The notes beneath the pieces are model-generated. The model was not told the origin of the DNA. It did no database searches and saw only the letters and a list, made by a program, of their open reading frames with translations. Below are positions 7,984 through 17,093 of a stretch of DNA of 64,000 nucleotides, piece by piece. Numbering within the stretch: the first letter of the stretch is position 1; each line of letters opens with the position of its first letter. Source of the DNA: a virus; the IMG/VR virus record IMGVR_UViG_3300032116_000067, positions 36,265-100,264 of that record; one strand, 5' to 3'. Position numbers and translations under genes: made by a program.

Positions 7984-8526
7984 ATGACTGATCAATCGTA
8001 TCAGGAACTTAAGAAAACATACCTGGATAACATAACCAGGATGATGACGGATATGGGAGGTATGCCTGCTCATATTGCGATCTTTGGCGTTCATAAGGAT
8101 GAGTCGATAGACGTCCGGGACGCTATTATTCATATTGAGATCCCGAGCTCTATCATGAAATCTGACCGCGGGAAAGACCTCTTTCTAGACAAGATGATAC
8201 CCGGTATTGCTACTAAGATCCGGGATAAGATCACTCCGCACGGGGTAGCCTGGACTTCAGAAGCTTATCTGCGTACCGCTCCTATAGATGGGGAAGTCCC
8301 GGAAAACTGGAAGGATCTTCCGATCCAAAAAGAAGTACTGATCATCAATATGGAGTTTGAACATGTCACAGAGACCCTTATCTATGAGATTGTTCGAGAT
8401 GGTCAACAGGTAACTGAAGATGGTGACCTGGTAGATCAAATTAAGCTTCAAGAGATCGAGGGTATGAAAAGTCCCGAGATGGTCAGCGGCCGCTTTACCG
8501 GGCTGTATCAAAAGTTCAAAGACTAA
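7984..8526 (+). CDS. hypothetical protein
   Basis: 180-aa ORF. Confidence 0.8.
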   Translation: MTDQSYQELKKTYLDNITRMMTDMGGMPAHIAIFGVHKDESIDVRDAIIHIEIPSSIMKSDRGKDLFLDKMIPGIATKIRDKITPHGVAWTSEAYLRTAPIDGEVPENWKDLPIQKEVLIINMEFEHVTETLIYEIVRDGQQVTEDGDLVDQIKLQEIEGMKSPEMVSGRFTGLYQKFKD

Positions 8527-8552
8527 GTAGTCCTTTTTTTTAATCCTCAATG

Positions 8553-8580
8553 AAGCGTGGTAGAGTATCACGCTTTTTTA
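8553..8580 (+). terminator. intrinsic terminator
   Basis: AAGCGTGGTA-GAG-TATCACGCTT followed by T-run. Confidence 0.65.
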
Positions 8581-8602
8581 TTCACGTCAATTAACACAAG
8601 TC

Positions 8603-8953
8603 ATGACCAGCGTTAAGAAACTCCCCCAAGACGAGCTAAACAAACTGCACACTCTGCTGATCAATGGGCACGGTCTTACTAAGATTTCCAAGCAAACAGG
8701 TCTTCCTTACAGCCTGGTACAGAGTGTAAGAAAAAGAATGGTTGAAGCAGGTATAGTAAAACCGCTGTATAAAACATCAGGTAAAAAGCGTGCAAGCAGA
8801 AAGCATCGTATCCCTGCAGAAGCCCCGGCCGCTGATATTGCGGTGGCTCAAGATATGCCGCAGTTTACTCTGATGATCAATGGCACCCAGATTGATCTGA
8901 AGAATGTGAAGTCCGTGTTTATCTCTCCGGAGTTGGTTGATGTCAAATATTGA
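8603..8953 (+). CDS. HTH DNA-binding protein
   Basis: GLTKISKQTGLPYSLVQSVRK HTH-like segment, followed by basic patch. Confidence 0.65.
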   Translation: MTSVKKLPQDELNKLHTLLINGHGLTKISKQTGLPYSLVQSVRKRMVEAGIVKPLYKTSGKKRASRKHRIPAEAPAADIAVAQDMPQFTLMINGTQIDLKNVKSVFISPELVDVKY

Positions 8954-8959
8954 GTTTGT

Positions 8960-9127
8960 ATGATCAAGCTATTGCGTAAAGTGTTCTTTAGAACCGAAGA
9001 TCAAACCGAGGAACTGAAAACCAGGGTCAAGCAGCTTGAAACCAAGTTGGCAGAGCGTCAAGAGGTCATTAATAAGACCAATGCCTACTGGAAAAAGAGG
9101 CTCCGTGACGCCACTCGTAAGTCTTAA
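8960..9127 (+). CDS. small coiled-coil protein, below ORF-track cutoff
   Basis: MIKLLRKVFFRTEDQTEELKTRVKQLETKL...RKS*, 55 aa, fills the gap. Confidence 0.65.
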   Translation: MIKLLRKVFFRTEDQTEELKTRVKQLETKLAERQEVINKTNAYWKKRLRDATRKS

Positions 9128-9217
9128 GCCCGGAGTATAGCCCTATTATCCGCCTAATATCTTGTAGACCTTTGTAGTATAATATATAGAACTTAGTTTT
9201 ATATAAATACTACCCTG

Positions 9218-9481
9218 ATGTTGTATCAACTTCCCACGGGACGGGTGATTGAGATCAGCACAGAACAGTACCTAGAGATGTCCGATGAAGAACTGGAATA
9301 CCTTATTGCTTACAACTACGGAGATACCTTGGAAGACCCATGGTTTGGATCCGTCTTGCATAAGAAAGAACCGGTAACCCACTCAGAAGACCCACCCGAT
9401 GTGCTGCCTGACCTGACTGATATACCTGACATAGACAAGATAACGTATACGGATATAGACTACGATCCGGATGAAGAATAG
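9218..9481 (+). CDS. acidic hypothetical protein
   Basis: 87 aa, D/E-rich. Confidence 0.8.
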   Translation: MLYQLPTGRVIEISTEQYLEMSDEELEYLIAYNYGDTLEDPWFGSVLHKKEPVTHSEDPPDVLPDLTDIPDIDKITYTDIDYDPDEE

Positions 9482-9506
9482 TCCCCTAGATGGTGTTAAC
9501 CCACCG

Positions 9507-9543
9507 AGCCCCCACGGAAGAACTCCTGGGGGCTTTTTATTTT
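9507..9543 (+). terminator. intrinsic terminator
   Basis: AGCCCCCA...TGGGGGCT followed by TTTTATTTT. Confidence 0.7.
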
Positions 9544-9565
9544 CTCACAATCAATACCTTAAACA

Positions 9566-10042
9566 ATGGGTAAAGTAGTAGTAACTGCCGACAAGAACGG
9601 CAACGTAATTAGTGTATCTGAAAACAACCCCGAATACGGTTACGTACGGGTAGAGCAAACTGGTTCATTCATCAATGATCAAGGTTGGCTGAGGATTAGC
9701 CGCCGTTCTGCTCTGATCAAGGGTCTCGTTAAAGACCTAGTAGAAACTGGTTTTACAGAAGGTCAAGAAATGCCCGGTAAGATCGTCGTAAAAGAGTCCC
9801 TGAGTCCGTTCAATCCGGAAAACCCCGACCGTGATCTGAAGATTGCCGGTGATTCCGGTGTAGTATGCCGCCTGGATGATCAACCGATCTTCCGTCAGAC
9901 GTTCTATACCACGAACGAAGCAGCTCAAGATCAGTTCATTGCACATACCAATACGGAAGAAATCCGTGAGGTGCAGGCAGCCCAGAGAGCCATGGTGTCT
10001 CTGAAGATGAGGCCGCAGATGAACCAGGTCGCAGAGATCTAA
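9566..10042 (+). CDS. hypothetical protein, beta-rich, possible nucleic-acid-binding fold
   Basis: 158-aa ORF between two hairpins. Confidence 0.75.
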   Translation: MGKVVVTADKNGNVISVSENNPEYGYVRVEQTGSFINDQGWLRISRRSALIKGLVKDLVETGFTEGQEMPGKIVVKESLSPFNPENPDRDLKIAGDSGVVCRLDDQPIFRQTFYTTNEAAQDQFIAHTNTEEIREVQAAQRAMVSLKMRPQMNQVAEI

Positions 10043-10063
10043 CATTGAATAATCTAACACAGC

Positions 10064-10102
10064 AAGAGGCCTGAACCTGTAGAGGTTTGGGCCTCTTTAT
10101 TT
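10064..10102 (+). terminator. intrinsic terminator-like hairpin
   Basis: AAGAGGCCTGAACCT-GTAG-AGGTTTGGGCCTCTT followed by TATTT. Confidence 0.65.
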
Positions 10103-10150
10103 GTAGAACTGAGACATATTGTATACCTTCACCTATCTAATTTGTAGAAG

Positions 10151-10672
10151 ATGCCTTACAATCCGAACAAAACCATCACGGCTAACTCTAAGGGTATTAT
10201 CATATCCTTTAGAGACGACAACAAACCCAAGTACATTCCGTACAAGAACAAAGAAGTAGATAATCTGCAGCATCTTGGACGTAGTCTGTACCAGACGTTT
10301 GACCTGCCCGCTTTCAACAAGATTCAACAGAAGCTGTATGCCGAAGCTCTTTATGGTATCAACGCTTATGATCAATCTGAGATTATGACGCTGACTCATA
10401 AAGATATTCTGCGGATCACTGCTCTGCATCGCCGCGTTCAGTTCTTTTTGAACCGGTGGAAACAAGAGATCATGGACTGTAAAGTAGATGCTTTGCTGTC
10501 TAAACTCTTTCCCCACTCTAAAGTCGTAAAAGACATGAGCACTGTTAAAGGGTACAACCGGGCGTTCACTGCCAGGTATTCTTTCAAAGAACTGGGACTT
10601 ACCCAGGAAGCTGTCGCTAATAAGCTGGTAGAGATGGGTTTTCTACCACAAAATTTTTTTCAGTTAACGTAA
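10151..10672 (+). CDS. hypothetical protein
   Basis: 173-aa ORF. Confidence 0.8.
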   Translation: MPYNPNKTITANSKGIIISFRDDNKPKYIPYKNKEVDNLQHLGRSLYQTFDLPAFNKIQQKLYAEALYGINAYDQSEIMTLTHKDILRITALHRRVQFFLNRWKQEIMDCKVDALLSKLFPHSKVVKDMSTVKGYNRAFTARYSFKELGLTQEAVANKLVEMGFLPQNFFQLT

Positions 10673-10678
10673 TCACTC

Positions 10679-10900
10679 ATGGAAGCAATATTTGTTAGTA
10701 ATGGGGAAACCCAGTTAATACTATCTCCCGAAGACGAGCTGGAACGAATGTTACTTAATAAACTCCTGAACTCCGGCCCTGTTGAGTTTCAGTTGATTAG
10801 TCAACCTGTTGGTGTACTAGGTAAGTCTGTTAAAGATGCAATGATCATCAGACCTAAAACAAACTACGTAAGTGATACAGACAAAACTGAAACTTTGTAA
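10679..10900 (+). CDS. hypothetical protein
   Basis: 73-aa ORF in operon. Confidence 0.7.
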   Translation: MEAIFVSNGETQLILSPEDELERMLLNKLLNSGPVEFQLISQPVGVLGKSVKDAMIIRPKTNYVSDTDKTETL

Positions 10901-11261
10901 TGGTTGCAAGGAGCTCAAACACATCTGGAAGAGCCATGAAAAAGCGAAGTATTGCAAAGAGTGTTGGTATAAGATAGAAAAACCAAAGAAACTCAAGCCC
11001 GTGTCTGCTAAACAAAAAACAGCACTGGACGAGTACAGCAAGAAACGCATGCTCTTTTTGATAGCCAATCCAGTATGTCAGGCTAAACTGGTCGGATGTA
11101 CTGGGGAGGCTACCGATGTGCACCACACAGCAGGTCGTGTAGGAGATAATTATCTAAACATGTCTAAGTGGAGAGCTCTGTGTCGTAACTGTCATACCTG
11201 GGCTGAGAATAATCCAGAAGAAGCTAAAGAATTAGGACTATCAGAAAACCGATTAACATGA
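10872..11261 (+). CDS. HNH-type nuclease with zinc-finger motifs
   Basis: CNGC/CKEC; C..C..ATDVHH...N...LCRNCH pattern. Confidence 0.75.
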   Translation: MIQTKLKLCNGCKELKHIWKSHEKAKYCKECWYKIEKPKKLKPVSAKQKTALDEYSKKRMLFLIANPVCQAKLVGCTGEATDVHHTAGRVGDNYLNMSKWRALCRNCHTWAENNPEEAKELGLSENRLT

Positions 11262-11578
11262 ACGTTACAGAGAATACTACCCAGGAGATCGTAAACGCCT
11301 ATACCCGGGACATCAATGACTGGTTAGCTCGTAATAACTATACAGCTAATGCATTTGTTAAGGTACAGATACTGAATCTATTGTTGGGAAGAGACAGACG
11401 TCTTCTTTGCAACAGTGCGTTTGTAGAAGCTGTATTGAAAAATGATCTGCAACGTACCATAGGTTATGCAGACAAAGAGACCATGGCTAACCTTAAGCTG
11501 ATCTATCAGGCGTATTACAACATTGATCCTCCGGTAGAAACCTGGACTCCTGTAAAGAAAGAAAGATTTGAATGGTAA
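11258..11578 (+). CDS. hypothetical protein
   Basis: 106-aa ORF, ATGA coupling. Confidence 0.75.
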   Translation: MNVTENTTQEIVNAYTRDINDWLARNNYTANAFVKVQILNLLLGRDRRLLCNSAFVEAVLKNDLQRTIGYADKETMANLKLIYQAYYNIDPPVETWTPVKKERFEW

Positions 11579-11581
11579 GCT

Positions 11582-11692
11582 ATGAGTAAACGTAATGAGA
11601 TCCAGGATCAAGCCCTGGAGATAGCCTTCAGGCATCAACGCTGTGGCTTGGGTATCTCGATGGGTTTGTTTGTAAAAGTTCTACAATATTAG
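11582..11692 (+). pseudogene. orphaned original 5' end of the SF2 helicase gene
   Basis: MSKRNEIQDQALEIAFRHQRCGLGISMG aligns with the N-terminus of 12349-13491 up to the Walker A Gly. Confidence 0.85.
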
Positions 11693-12441
11693 TATATTAT
11701 ATTATAGAACAAATCTAAACCCTATGAAAATTCCAAGGTCTTTTGGTTTAAAAACTTGTGGTATATACTGTATAACTAATACTAGTAACAAAAAACAGTA
11801 TATCGGTAGTAGTAAAAATATATACCATAGGTTAAAACGGCATCAGTCAGAGCTGCGACGAGGTATTCATGCCAACCCGCATCTTCAAAACAGTTATAAT
11901 AAGCATGGTAAAAACTGCTTTGAGGTCTCAATTCTTGAAGAAGTTCCTGTAGAACTTTTAGTCCAAAAAGAACAGGAGTATATTAATAATCTAGAACCAG
12001 CATATAATATCACACTAGAAGTTATTAGAAATACTCCTTCTCAAGAGTCTAGAAGAAAAATCTCAGCTACTCTAAAACAGCAAAAGTTAATGGGTTTATT
12101 AAAATATCCTACGCATGATGATAAAAAAAAACCAGTGACAATATACGATATAGACTGTAACTGTTTTGGAACTTATGAATCTGAGCGGGCTGCTGCTAAA
12201 AAGTTAGAAGAGCTTTATCCCGGGCTAAAGTACTCTCAATCCGTAGTCAACAGTACTATAAACTTAAAAAACAAAAGAGTAGTTAGTAGATATAAAAGGC
12301 ATTTCTTGCTTAGACCTGAACAGAAATGTATTACTAAAAAAGAGCTATGTGAAACAAAAAAATACAAGAGACAGTATACAAGCTGATGCTATAGAAGTTG
12401 CTTTAAATCACAAATGTTGTTCGTTAGCCTTAAGCATGGGG
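11666..12441 (+). mobile_element. AT-rich homing-endonuclease insertion within the helicase Walker A codons
   Basis: Bounded by ATGGG on both sides; lower GC; carries endonuclease plus a divergent copy of the helicase 5' end. Confidence 0.8.
11724..12386 (+). CDS. GIY-YIG homing endonuclease with NUMOD-like C-terminal modules
   Basis: CGIYCITN...YIGSS..I..RL..H; later E and YN motifs; KKPVTIYD...YES.R.AA NUMOD1-like segment. Confidence 0.92.
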   Translation: MKIPRSFGLKTCGIYCITNTSNKKQYIGSSKNIYHRLKRHQSELRRGIHANPHLQNSYNKHGKNCFEVSILEEVPVELLVQKEQEYINNLEPAYNITLEVIRNTPSQESRRKISATLKQQKLMGLLKYPTHDDKKKPVTIYDIDCNCFGTYESERAAAKKLEELYPGLKYSQSVVNSTINLKNKRVVSRYKRHFLLRPEQKCITKKELCETKKYKRQYTS

Positions 12442-13491
12442 GTCGGTAAAACCCTCATCGGACTACGATACTTGGACCATTACCAGCAGTCTAACATGTA
12501 CAAGCTCAATGTGCTGGTAGTGGCTCCAAAGCTCAGCATATTTCAGAGCTGGCAAGATGACGCAGTAAAGTTTGGCCTTCCCCAGGAACTCCTGGAGAAG
12601 GTCACCTTTACCACGTATCTATCACTAAACAAACATAACCCGCATCACTATGACATAGTGGTGTTGGACGAGTGTCACAGTCTTTTAGAGTCCCATCAAA
12701 CTTTCCTGGCTAACTACCACGGTAGAGTACTGGGTCTGACGGGTACTCCGCCCCGGTATCACAACAGTGAAAAAGGCAGGATCGTCGGTAAGTACTGTCC
12801 TGTGATGTTTAAGTACATCACCGATGACGCGGTAGATGATCAGATCCTGAATGATTACCGGATCATCGTACACCGGATGCCATTAAGTACCCAGAATACG
12901 ATACCGGTAACTATGAAGAACAGTACGTTCATGACCTCTGAGCGTAAAAGCTATGACTACTGGAGCAAACGTATCATGGAAGCCCAGAGTAAAAAGCAGG
13001 AACAGATCTCGTCCGTTATGCGAATGAGGGTCCTGATGGACTTTCGAACCAAAGAAGACTACGCCAAGTATCTACTGGAAGAAATAGAAGAAAAGTGTAT
13101 TGTCTTCTGTAACACCCAAGCCCAGGCAGATCGTGTATGCAGTCACTCGGTACACTCCGAGAACCCAGACGCAGAAGCAAACCTTGACATGTTTAAGAAA
13201 GACCAGATCGACAAGCTATCCTGTGTACTGCAGCTCAACGAGGGTATCAATATTCCAAACCTTCGGGCCGGGATCATTATGCATGCATACGGCAACGAGC
13301 GCAAGAGTTCACAGCGTATCGGACGTCTGCTTCGTCTGAACCCAGACGACACAGCGGTGGTGCACATACTCTGCTACCAGAATACGGTAGACGAGCGGTG
13401 GGTCACGGAAGCTTTAAAAGACCTGGACCAGAACAAGATCAAGTATCACGATGTAAACATGAGTAGTCATGAATCTTCATTTCAACGGTAA
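12349..13491 (+). CDS. superfamily 2 (DExH) helicase
   Basis: MGVGKT, DECH, TGT, EGINIP and QRIGRLLR motifs; GTG start inside the endonuclease ORF. Confidence 0.92.
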   Translation: MKQKNTRDSIQADAIEVALNHKCCSLALSMGVGKTLIGLRYLDHYQQSNMYKLNVLVVAPKLSIFQSWQDDAVKFGLPQELLEKVTFTTYLSLNKHNPHHYDIVVLDECHSLLESHQTFLANYHGRVLGLTGTPPRYHNSEKGRIVGKYCPVMFKYITDDAVDDQILNDYRIIVHRMPLSTQNTIPVTMKNSTFMTSERKSYDYWSKRIMEAQSKKQEQISSVMRMRVLMDFRTKEDYAKYLLEEIEEKCIVFCNTQAQADRVCSHSVHSENPDAEANLDMFKKDQIDKLSCVLQLNEGINIPNLRAGIIMHAYGNERKSSQRIGRLLRLNPDDTAVVHILCYQNTVDERWVTEALKDLDQNKIKYHDVNMSSHESSFQR

Positions 13492-13864
13492 GTATGTCAA
13501 ACGTAACGGCCGCCTGGAGTTTGCTTCACTGAGTGCAGCTAAACAGTACGAGCTGTTTGTATCACATATTCCGGAGGGTCAGATTGTAGAGTTCTTTTAT
13601 GAGGAGCAGCACGATGATGGTACACTCCCGCAGCTGGCTAAACTGCACGTTCTAATCAAGCAGTTAGCTATGCATATCGGAGAGACGGTAGAGAACATGA
13701 AGATCTTAGTCAAAGATAAAGCAGGACTCTGTATAGCCAGGGAAGTATCCGGTAAAGAATACTTCCTGGCTAAGAGTTTTGCTGAGTGTTCTAAAGATGA
13801 GCTAAGTCTGGCTATTCAAGCAGCCATGGAGATCGGAGAAGAAGTAGGACTTATGGTTTGGTAG
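13469..13864 (+). CDS. hypothetical protein, possibly NinB/Orf-like
   Basis: TLPQLAKLH...SFAECSKDELS pattern is reminiscent of NinB; not verified. Confidence 0.5.
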   Translation: MNLHFNGKYVKRNGRLEFASLSAAKQYELFVSHIPEGQIVEFFYEEQHDDGTLPQLAKLHVLIKQLAMHIGETVENMKILVKDKAGLCIAREVSGKEYFLAKSFAECSKDELSLAIQAAMEIGEEVGLMVW

Positions 13865-14135
13865 GCTGTTCTTTATTGAGATCTTCTAAAGTAGCCAATC
13901 CTTTTTCAGATGCTGTTTTTTCAAGATACTGGATCATATAAGCCAAGAAAGCGTAGTGCTGGATCCACTCTTCTTCAAAGTCTTTGTTGATGATCTTTTG
14001 ATAAGCCTCTTGGATCTCTTCTTCAGTTTTGTCAGCAAGCAAAAATAACAACAGCTTCTGTAGACTAATAAGTGTGTTTCCACCAACGGTAATATCAAAA
14101 GTAACATCAGCCTTGATTGTCGTGTATGTAGCCAT
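13851..14135 (-). CDS. hypothetical protein, lone minus-strand gene
   Basis: 94-aa ORF filling the gap with no competing + ORF. Confidence 0.7.
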   Translation of the reverse strand: MATYTTIKADVTFDITVGGNTLISLQKLLLFLLADKTEEEIQEAYQKIINKDFEEEWIQHYAFLAYMIQYLEKTASEKGLATLEDLNKEQPTKP

Positions 14136-14167
14136 AAGATACGTTTCCTACAAATTTAGAGAACTTT

Positions 14168-14884
14168 ATGACACAAACTGTAGATCTTGCTGAAATCAAA
14201 AGCAAGCTGATCGAAAAGCTAACACCGTCCGGCTGGGCGGTAAAACTCCGGGGGTTTATTCAGAGTTCTGACTTTGATAAGATCCTCGAGAACCTGCTAA
14301 AGGAGCGAGATGAAGGTAAGCGATTTACGCCACCATTGAAGTATGCTTTCCGGGCTTTTGAAGAATGCCCGACGAGTGATCTTAAAGTAGTAATTATTGG
14401 ACAAGATCCCTATCCGCACTTTGGTGTGGCTGATGGGATTGCTTTCTCATGTGGACTTACTGGTAAACCGCAGCCCAGTCTCAAGAACCTGTTCGAGGCT
14501 ATAGAGCAGACGGTATACCAGGGATATCCCACACACATGGATCCGGATCTATCCCGGTGGTCTCAACAAGGCGTATTGCTTCTTAACACAGCACTAACTA
14601 CCCAGGTAGATAAAGTGGGTACCCACTATGACATCTGGAAAGACTTCATCATGTATGTATTAGACATGTTGAGTCTGACTAACTCAGGACTGATCTTCAT
14701 CTTACTGGGAGCTAAAGCCCAGGAGTTAGAATCAGTCATCGGTCAGAATCATTACATCTTAAAAGCCAGCCACCCTGCGTCGGCTGCGTACACAAAAACA
14801 ACGTGGGACTGTAACGATGTGTTTAACAAGACCAATGAAATCTTGACACAGAACAACGGTCCCCAGTTTCAAATCACTTGGTAA
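14168..14884 (+). CDS. ung: uracil-DNA glycosylase, family 1
   Basis: VVIIGQDPY, ADGIAFS, GVLLLNTALT and SHPAS motifs. Confidence 0.95.
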   Translation: MTQTVDLAEIKSKLIEKLTPSGWAVKLRGFIQSSDFDKILENLLKERDEGKRFTPPLKYAFRAFEECPTSDLKVVIIGQDPYPHFGVADGIAFSCGLTGKPQPSLKNLFEAIEQTVYQGYPTHMDPDLSRWSQQGVLLLNTALTTQVDKVGTHYDIWKDFIMYVLDMLSLTNSGLIFILLGAKAQELESVIGQNHYILKASHPASAAYTKTTWDCNDVFNKTNEILTQNNGPQFQITW

Positions 14885-14905
14885 AACTTTTTAATCAATA
14901 CAACT

Positions 14906-15340
14906 ATGGCAGTAAAGCAAGTAGATCTGTATGTATCTCAGATCCTCGAAGACCTCAACAACGGCCTCACATGGCTGAAACGTGACGACCTTGGGTATGG
15001 TAATATCCAAGACAAGTATGGTGCTAAAGACCAGCAGATTGCAATGATCCGTAAACATCCGGCACTTAAAAACGCCGAGACCAACGTCACAGTATTCAAC
15101 ATCATTGACGACACAAAGAAGACTGATGAACCAGCCGCCGTTCCCGTTAGTAACTCCAAAGATGATGGAAGTGTGGCAAGGGTATCAAAACCTGTTGAAG
15201 ACCCAACACCAAAGTACTCATCTGTTGATCACACAGACCGCAGTGACAATACTGGAAAATCTGTATCAGAAGTACCAAAAAGAGACAGCGAGTTCTCTAC
15301 CGGAGAAACCGCAGAGCTCGACGCCTTTGCCAACATCTGA
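14906..15340 (+). CDS. hypothetical protein with disordered C-terminus
   Basis: 144-aa ORF. Confidence 0.75.
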   Translation: MAVKQVDLYVSQILEDLNNGLTWLKRDDLGYGNIQDKYGAKDQQIAMIRKHPALKNAETNVTVFNIIDDTKKTDEPAAVPVSNSKDDGSVARVSKPVEDPTPKYSSVDHTDRSDNTGKSVSEVPKRDSEFSTGETAELDAFANI

Positions 15341-15347
15341 TCTTACT

Positions 15348-16985
15348 ATGGATAAGAGTAAGAGACCCAGCCCTACGTATAGTGCTACCATCTATAAACC
15401 AGGTACACAAAGAACCGGTAATGATGGGAATACCTGGCAAGTTCAAGTGAACTCAGCGGGTATCCATCGTTGGGTCAAAATAAGTACATCTGCTGCACTG
15501 TCCAATCCTCCACAAAGTCCGAGTAGTATGATGACATATAAGTTCCAACCCGGTGATCTGGTTGAGATTATAACAAGTGGTTATGGGTGCAATCCCAATA
15601 CCATAGGTAAACTGGTGACTATTGAAAGTCAGGGTAAGTATAGTGACAGACCCGGTTATAGTATAAAAGAAAAAGACCTTGCGACCAACAGTAAGCCTAA
15701 CGATGTTGGTAATCTTGCCTACGGAGGAATGATTGGGGAAGCATCTTTTGTACTTGTGAAAAGCGCACAACAATTAGCTGGTACTACCGGCTCAGTAACT
15801 ATTCCTGCTATGGCAGCAGATGATCGTGTCAAAACCAGTGTTAACAAACTAAACAAATCTATCGTGAAGACAATCACTAAGAAAAGTGCACAAGACGTAC
15901 GTACCATTGAAACTTCTTTGATCAACAAAGAAGAAGTGTTTAAAATGCTGGCCCTGGCAGAGTCTACCGGACTTCCTTGTTTGCTCATCGGTGAACCCGG
16001 TGTAGCAAAGACCAAAACTGTCATCGAGTACGCTAAAGCCTGGCTCAACCGTGACGGAAAAATGAGCCCGAAAGACTTTGCTGAGAAGATCTATATCCTG
16101 GAAACAGACGAGGGTACCAAGGCTTCAGAAGTCAAGGGTATGCCGGATCTTTCAAAGCTTTTTACCGAGAACAAGTATGAGCTCTCCACTCCCATTGCCG
16201 ATGCAGAGATTGTTGTCATCAACGAGGTAGATAAAGCTTCTTCTGCTATTCGTAACGCCATGCTGGGTGTGATGAACGAGAAGTTCCTGTTCAACGGTAA
16301 GCACAAGATCCCCTGTAAGTGGAAGCTGTTCATTGCTACCTGTAACGAGATCCCCAAGGATGAGCAAGACTCTCCGTTCTGGGACCGCTTCATGTTGAAG
16401 ATGACAGTTAACCGCGTATCTGCCGGTGAGATGGTCAAGTACTACAAGAAGGGTGCCCGTAGCTACCGTGAGAAGTTCTCTATCGGTGTACCCAGTGGTG
16501 CAGAAATTGATCAGCTGGAGATCCCGGTAAACAAACTGGAGAAGTATCTCGAAGTAGGTTACACTCACAGCTCTGACCGTACGTTGACTTTTGTACCGAA
16601 GCTGGCCAAAGCCGTAAGTTATGTCTGGGATATCTCTATTGACAAAGCCCTGGTAAAAACGGCCCAGATCATGATCGGTCAGTCTGCCGGTTCAGAACTG
16701 CAGAATAAGCTGATGAGTCCGGAAGTAAAGGCTGTTATGTCCAAGGTAGAGATGCTGCACAGCTATACTACCAACGAGCAGCTGGAGCTCTCTATTGCAG
16801 ACATCGAGTCCCTGATCAATACTTATGTTACCCGTGGTATCATGGATGAAACCCAGGTAGAAGAGATCGAACTGTCTATGCAGTATATCCTGGCTAACCA
16901 CCCGGCCCGTTCTCAAGCTACGTCTGCAGACTTTGACGCCATGATGAGTGAAGCTCCTCACGAGGCTGTTAACCTCCCTTTCTAA
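15348..16985 (+). CDS. MoxR/RavA-like AAA+ ATPase with N-terminal accessory modules
   Basis: GEPGVAKT Walker A, VVINEVDK Walker B, ATCNE, DRF; adjacent VWA gene; ATG 15348 preferred over 15105. Confidence 0.88.
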   Translation: MDKSKRPSPTYSATIYKPGTQRTGNDGNTWQVQVNSAGIHRWVKISTSAALSNPPQSPSSMMTYKFQPGDLVEIITSGYGCNPNTIGKLVTIESQGKYSDRPGYSIKEKDLATNSKPNDVGNLAYGGMIGEASFVLVKSAQQLAGTTGSVTIPAMAADDRVKTSVNKLNKSIVKTITKKSAQDVRTIETSLINKEEVFKMLALAESTGLPCLLIGEPGVAKTKTVIEYAKAWLNRDGKMSPKDFAEKIYILETDEGTKASEVKGMPDLSKLFTENKYELSTPIADAEIVVINEVDKASSAIRNAMLGVMNEKFLFNGKHKIPCKWKLFIATCNEIPKDEQDSPFWDRFMLKMTVNRVSAGEMVKYYKKGARSYREKFSIGVPSGAEIDQLEIPVNKLEKYLEVGYTHSSDRTLTFVPKLAKAVSYVWDISIDKALVKTAQIMIGQSAGSELQNKLMSPEVKAVMSKVEMLHSYTTNEQLELSIADIESLINTYVTRGIMDETQVEEIELSMQYILANHPARSQATSADFDAMMSEAPHEAVNLPF

Positions 16986-17028
16986 CAAACGGTCGTAGAA
17001 GATACATTGGTATAAAACCTCCTGAAAA

Positions 17029-17058
17029 AGAGATCCCGGTAATAACGCCGGGATCTCT
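17029..17058. terminator. 11-bp hairpin between the ATPase and VWA genes
   Basis: AGAGATCCCGG/CCGGGATCTCT; T-run only on the minus strand. Confidence 0.5.
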
Positions 17059-17093
17059 CCAGGAGCTCTACGATCTGTTATTAAACCTCTAAT

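Noticed and set aside
11666-12441. Group I intron or intein in the helicase
   Set aside because: There is no room for a ribozyme core around the ORF, in-frame stops exclude an intein, and the 3' flank is explained as duplicated coding sequence. RT-PCR would be the definitive test.
15105-15347. N-terminal extension of the MoxR ATPase given by the ORF track
   Set aside because: It overlaps the 14906-15340 gene in another frame. ATG 15348 just after that stop is more plausible.
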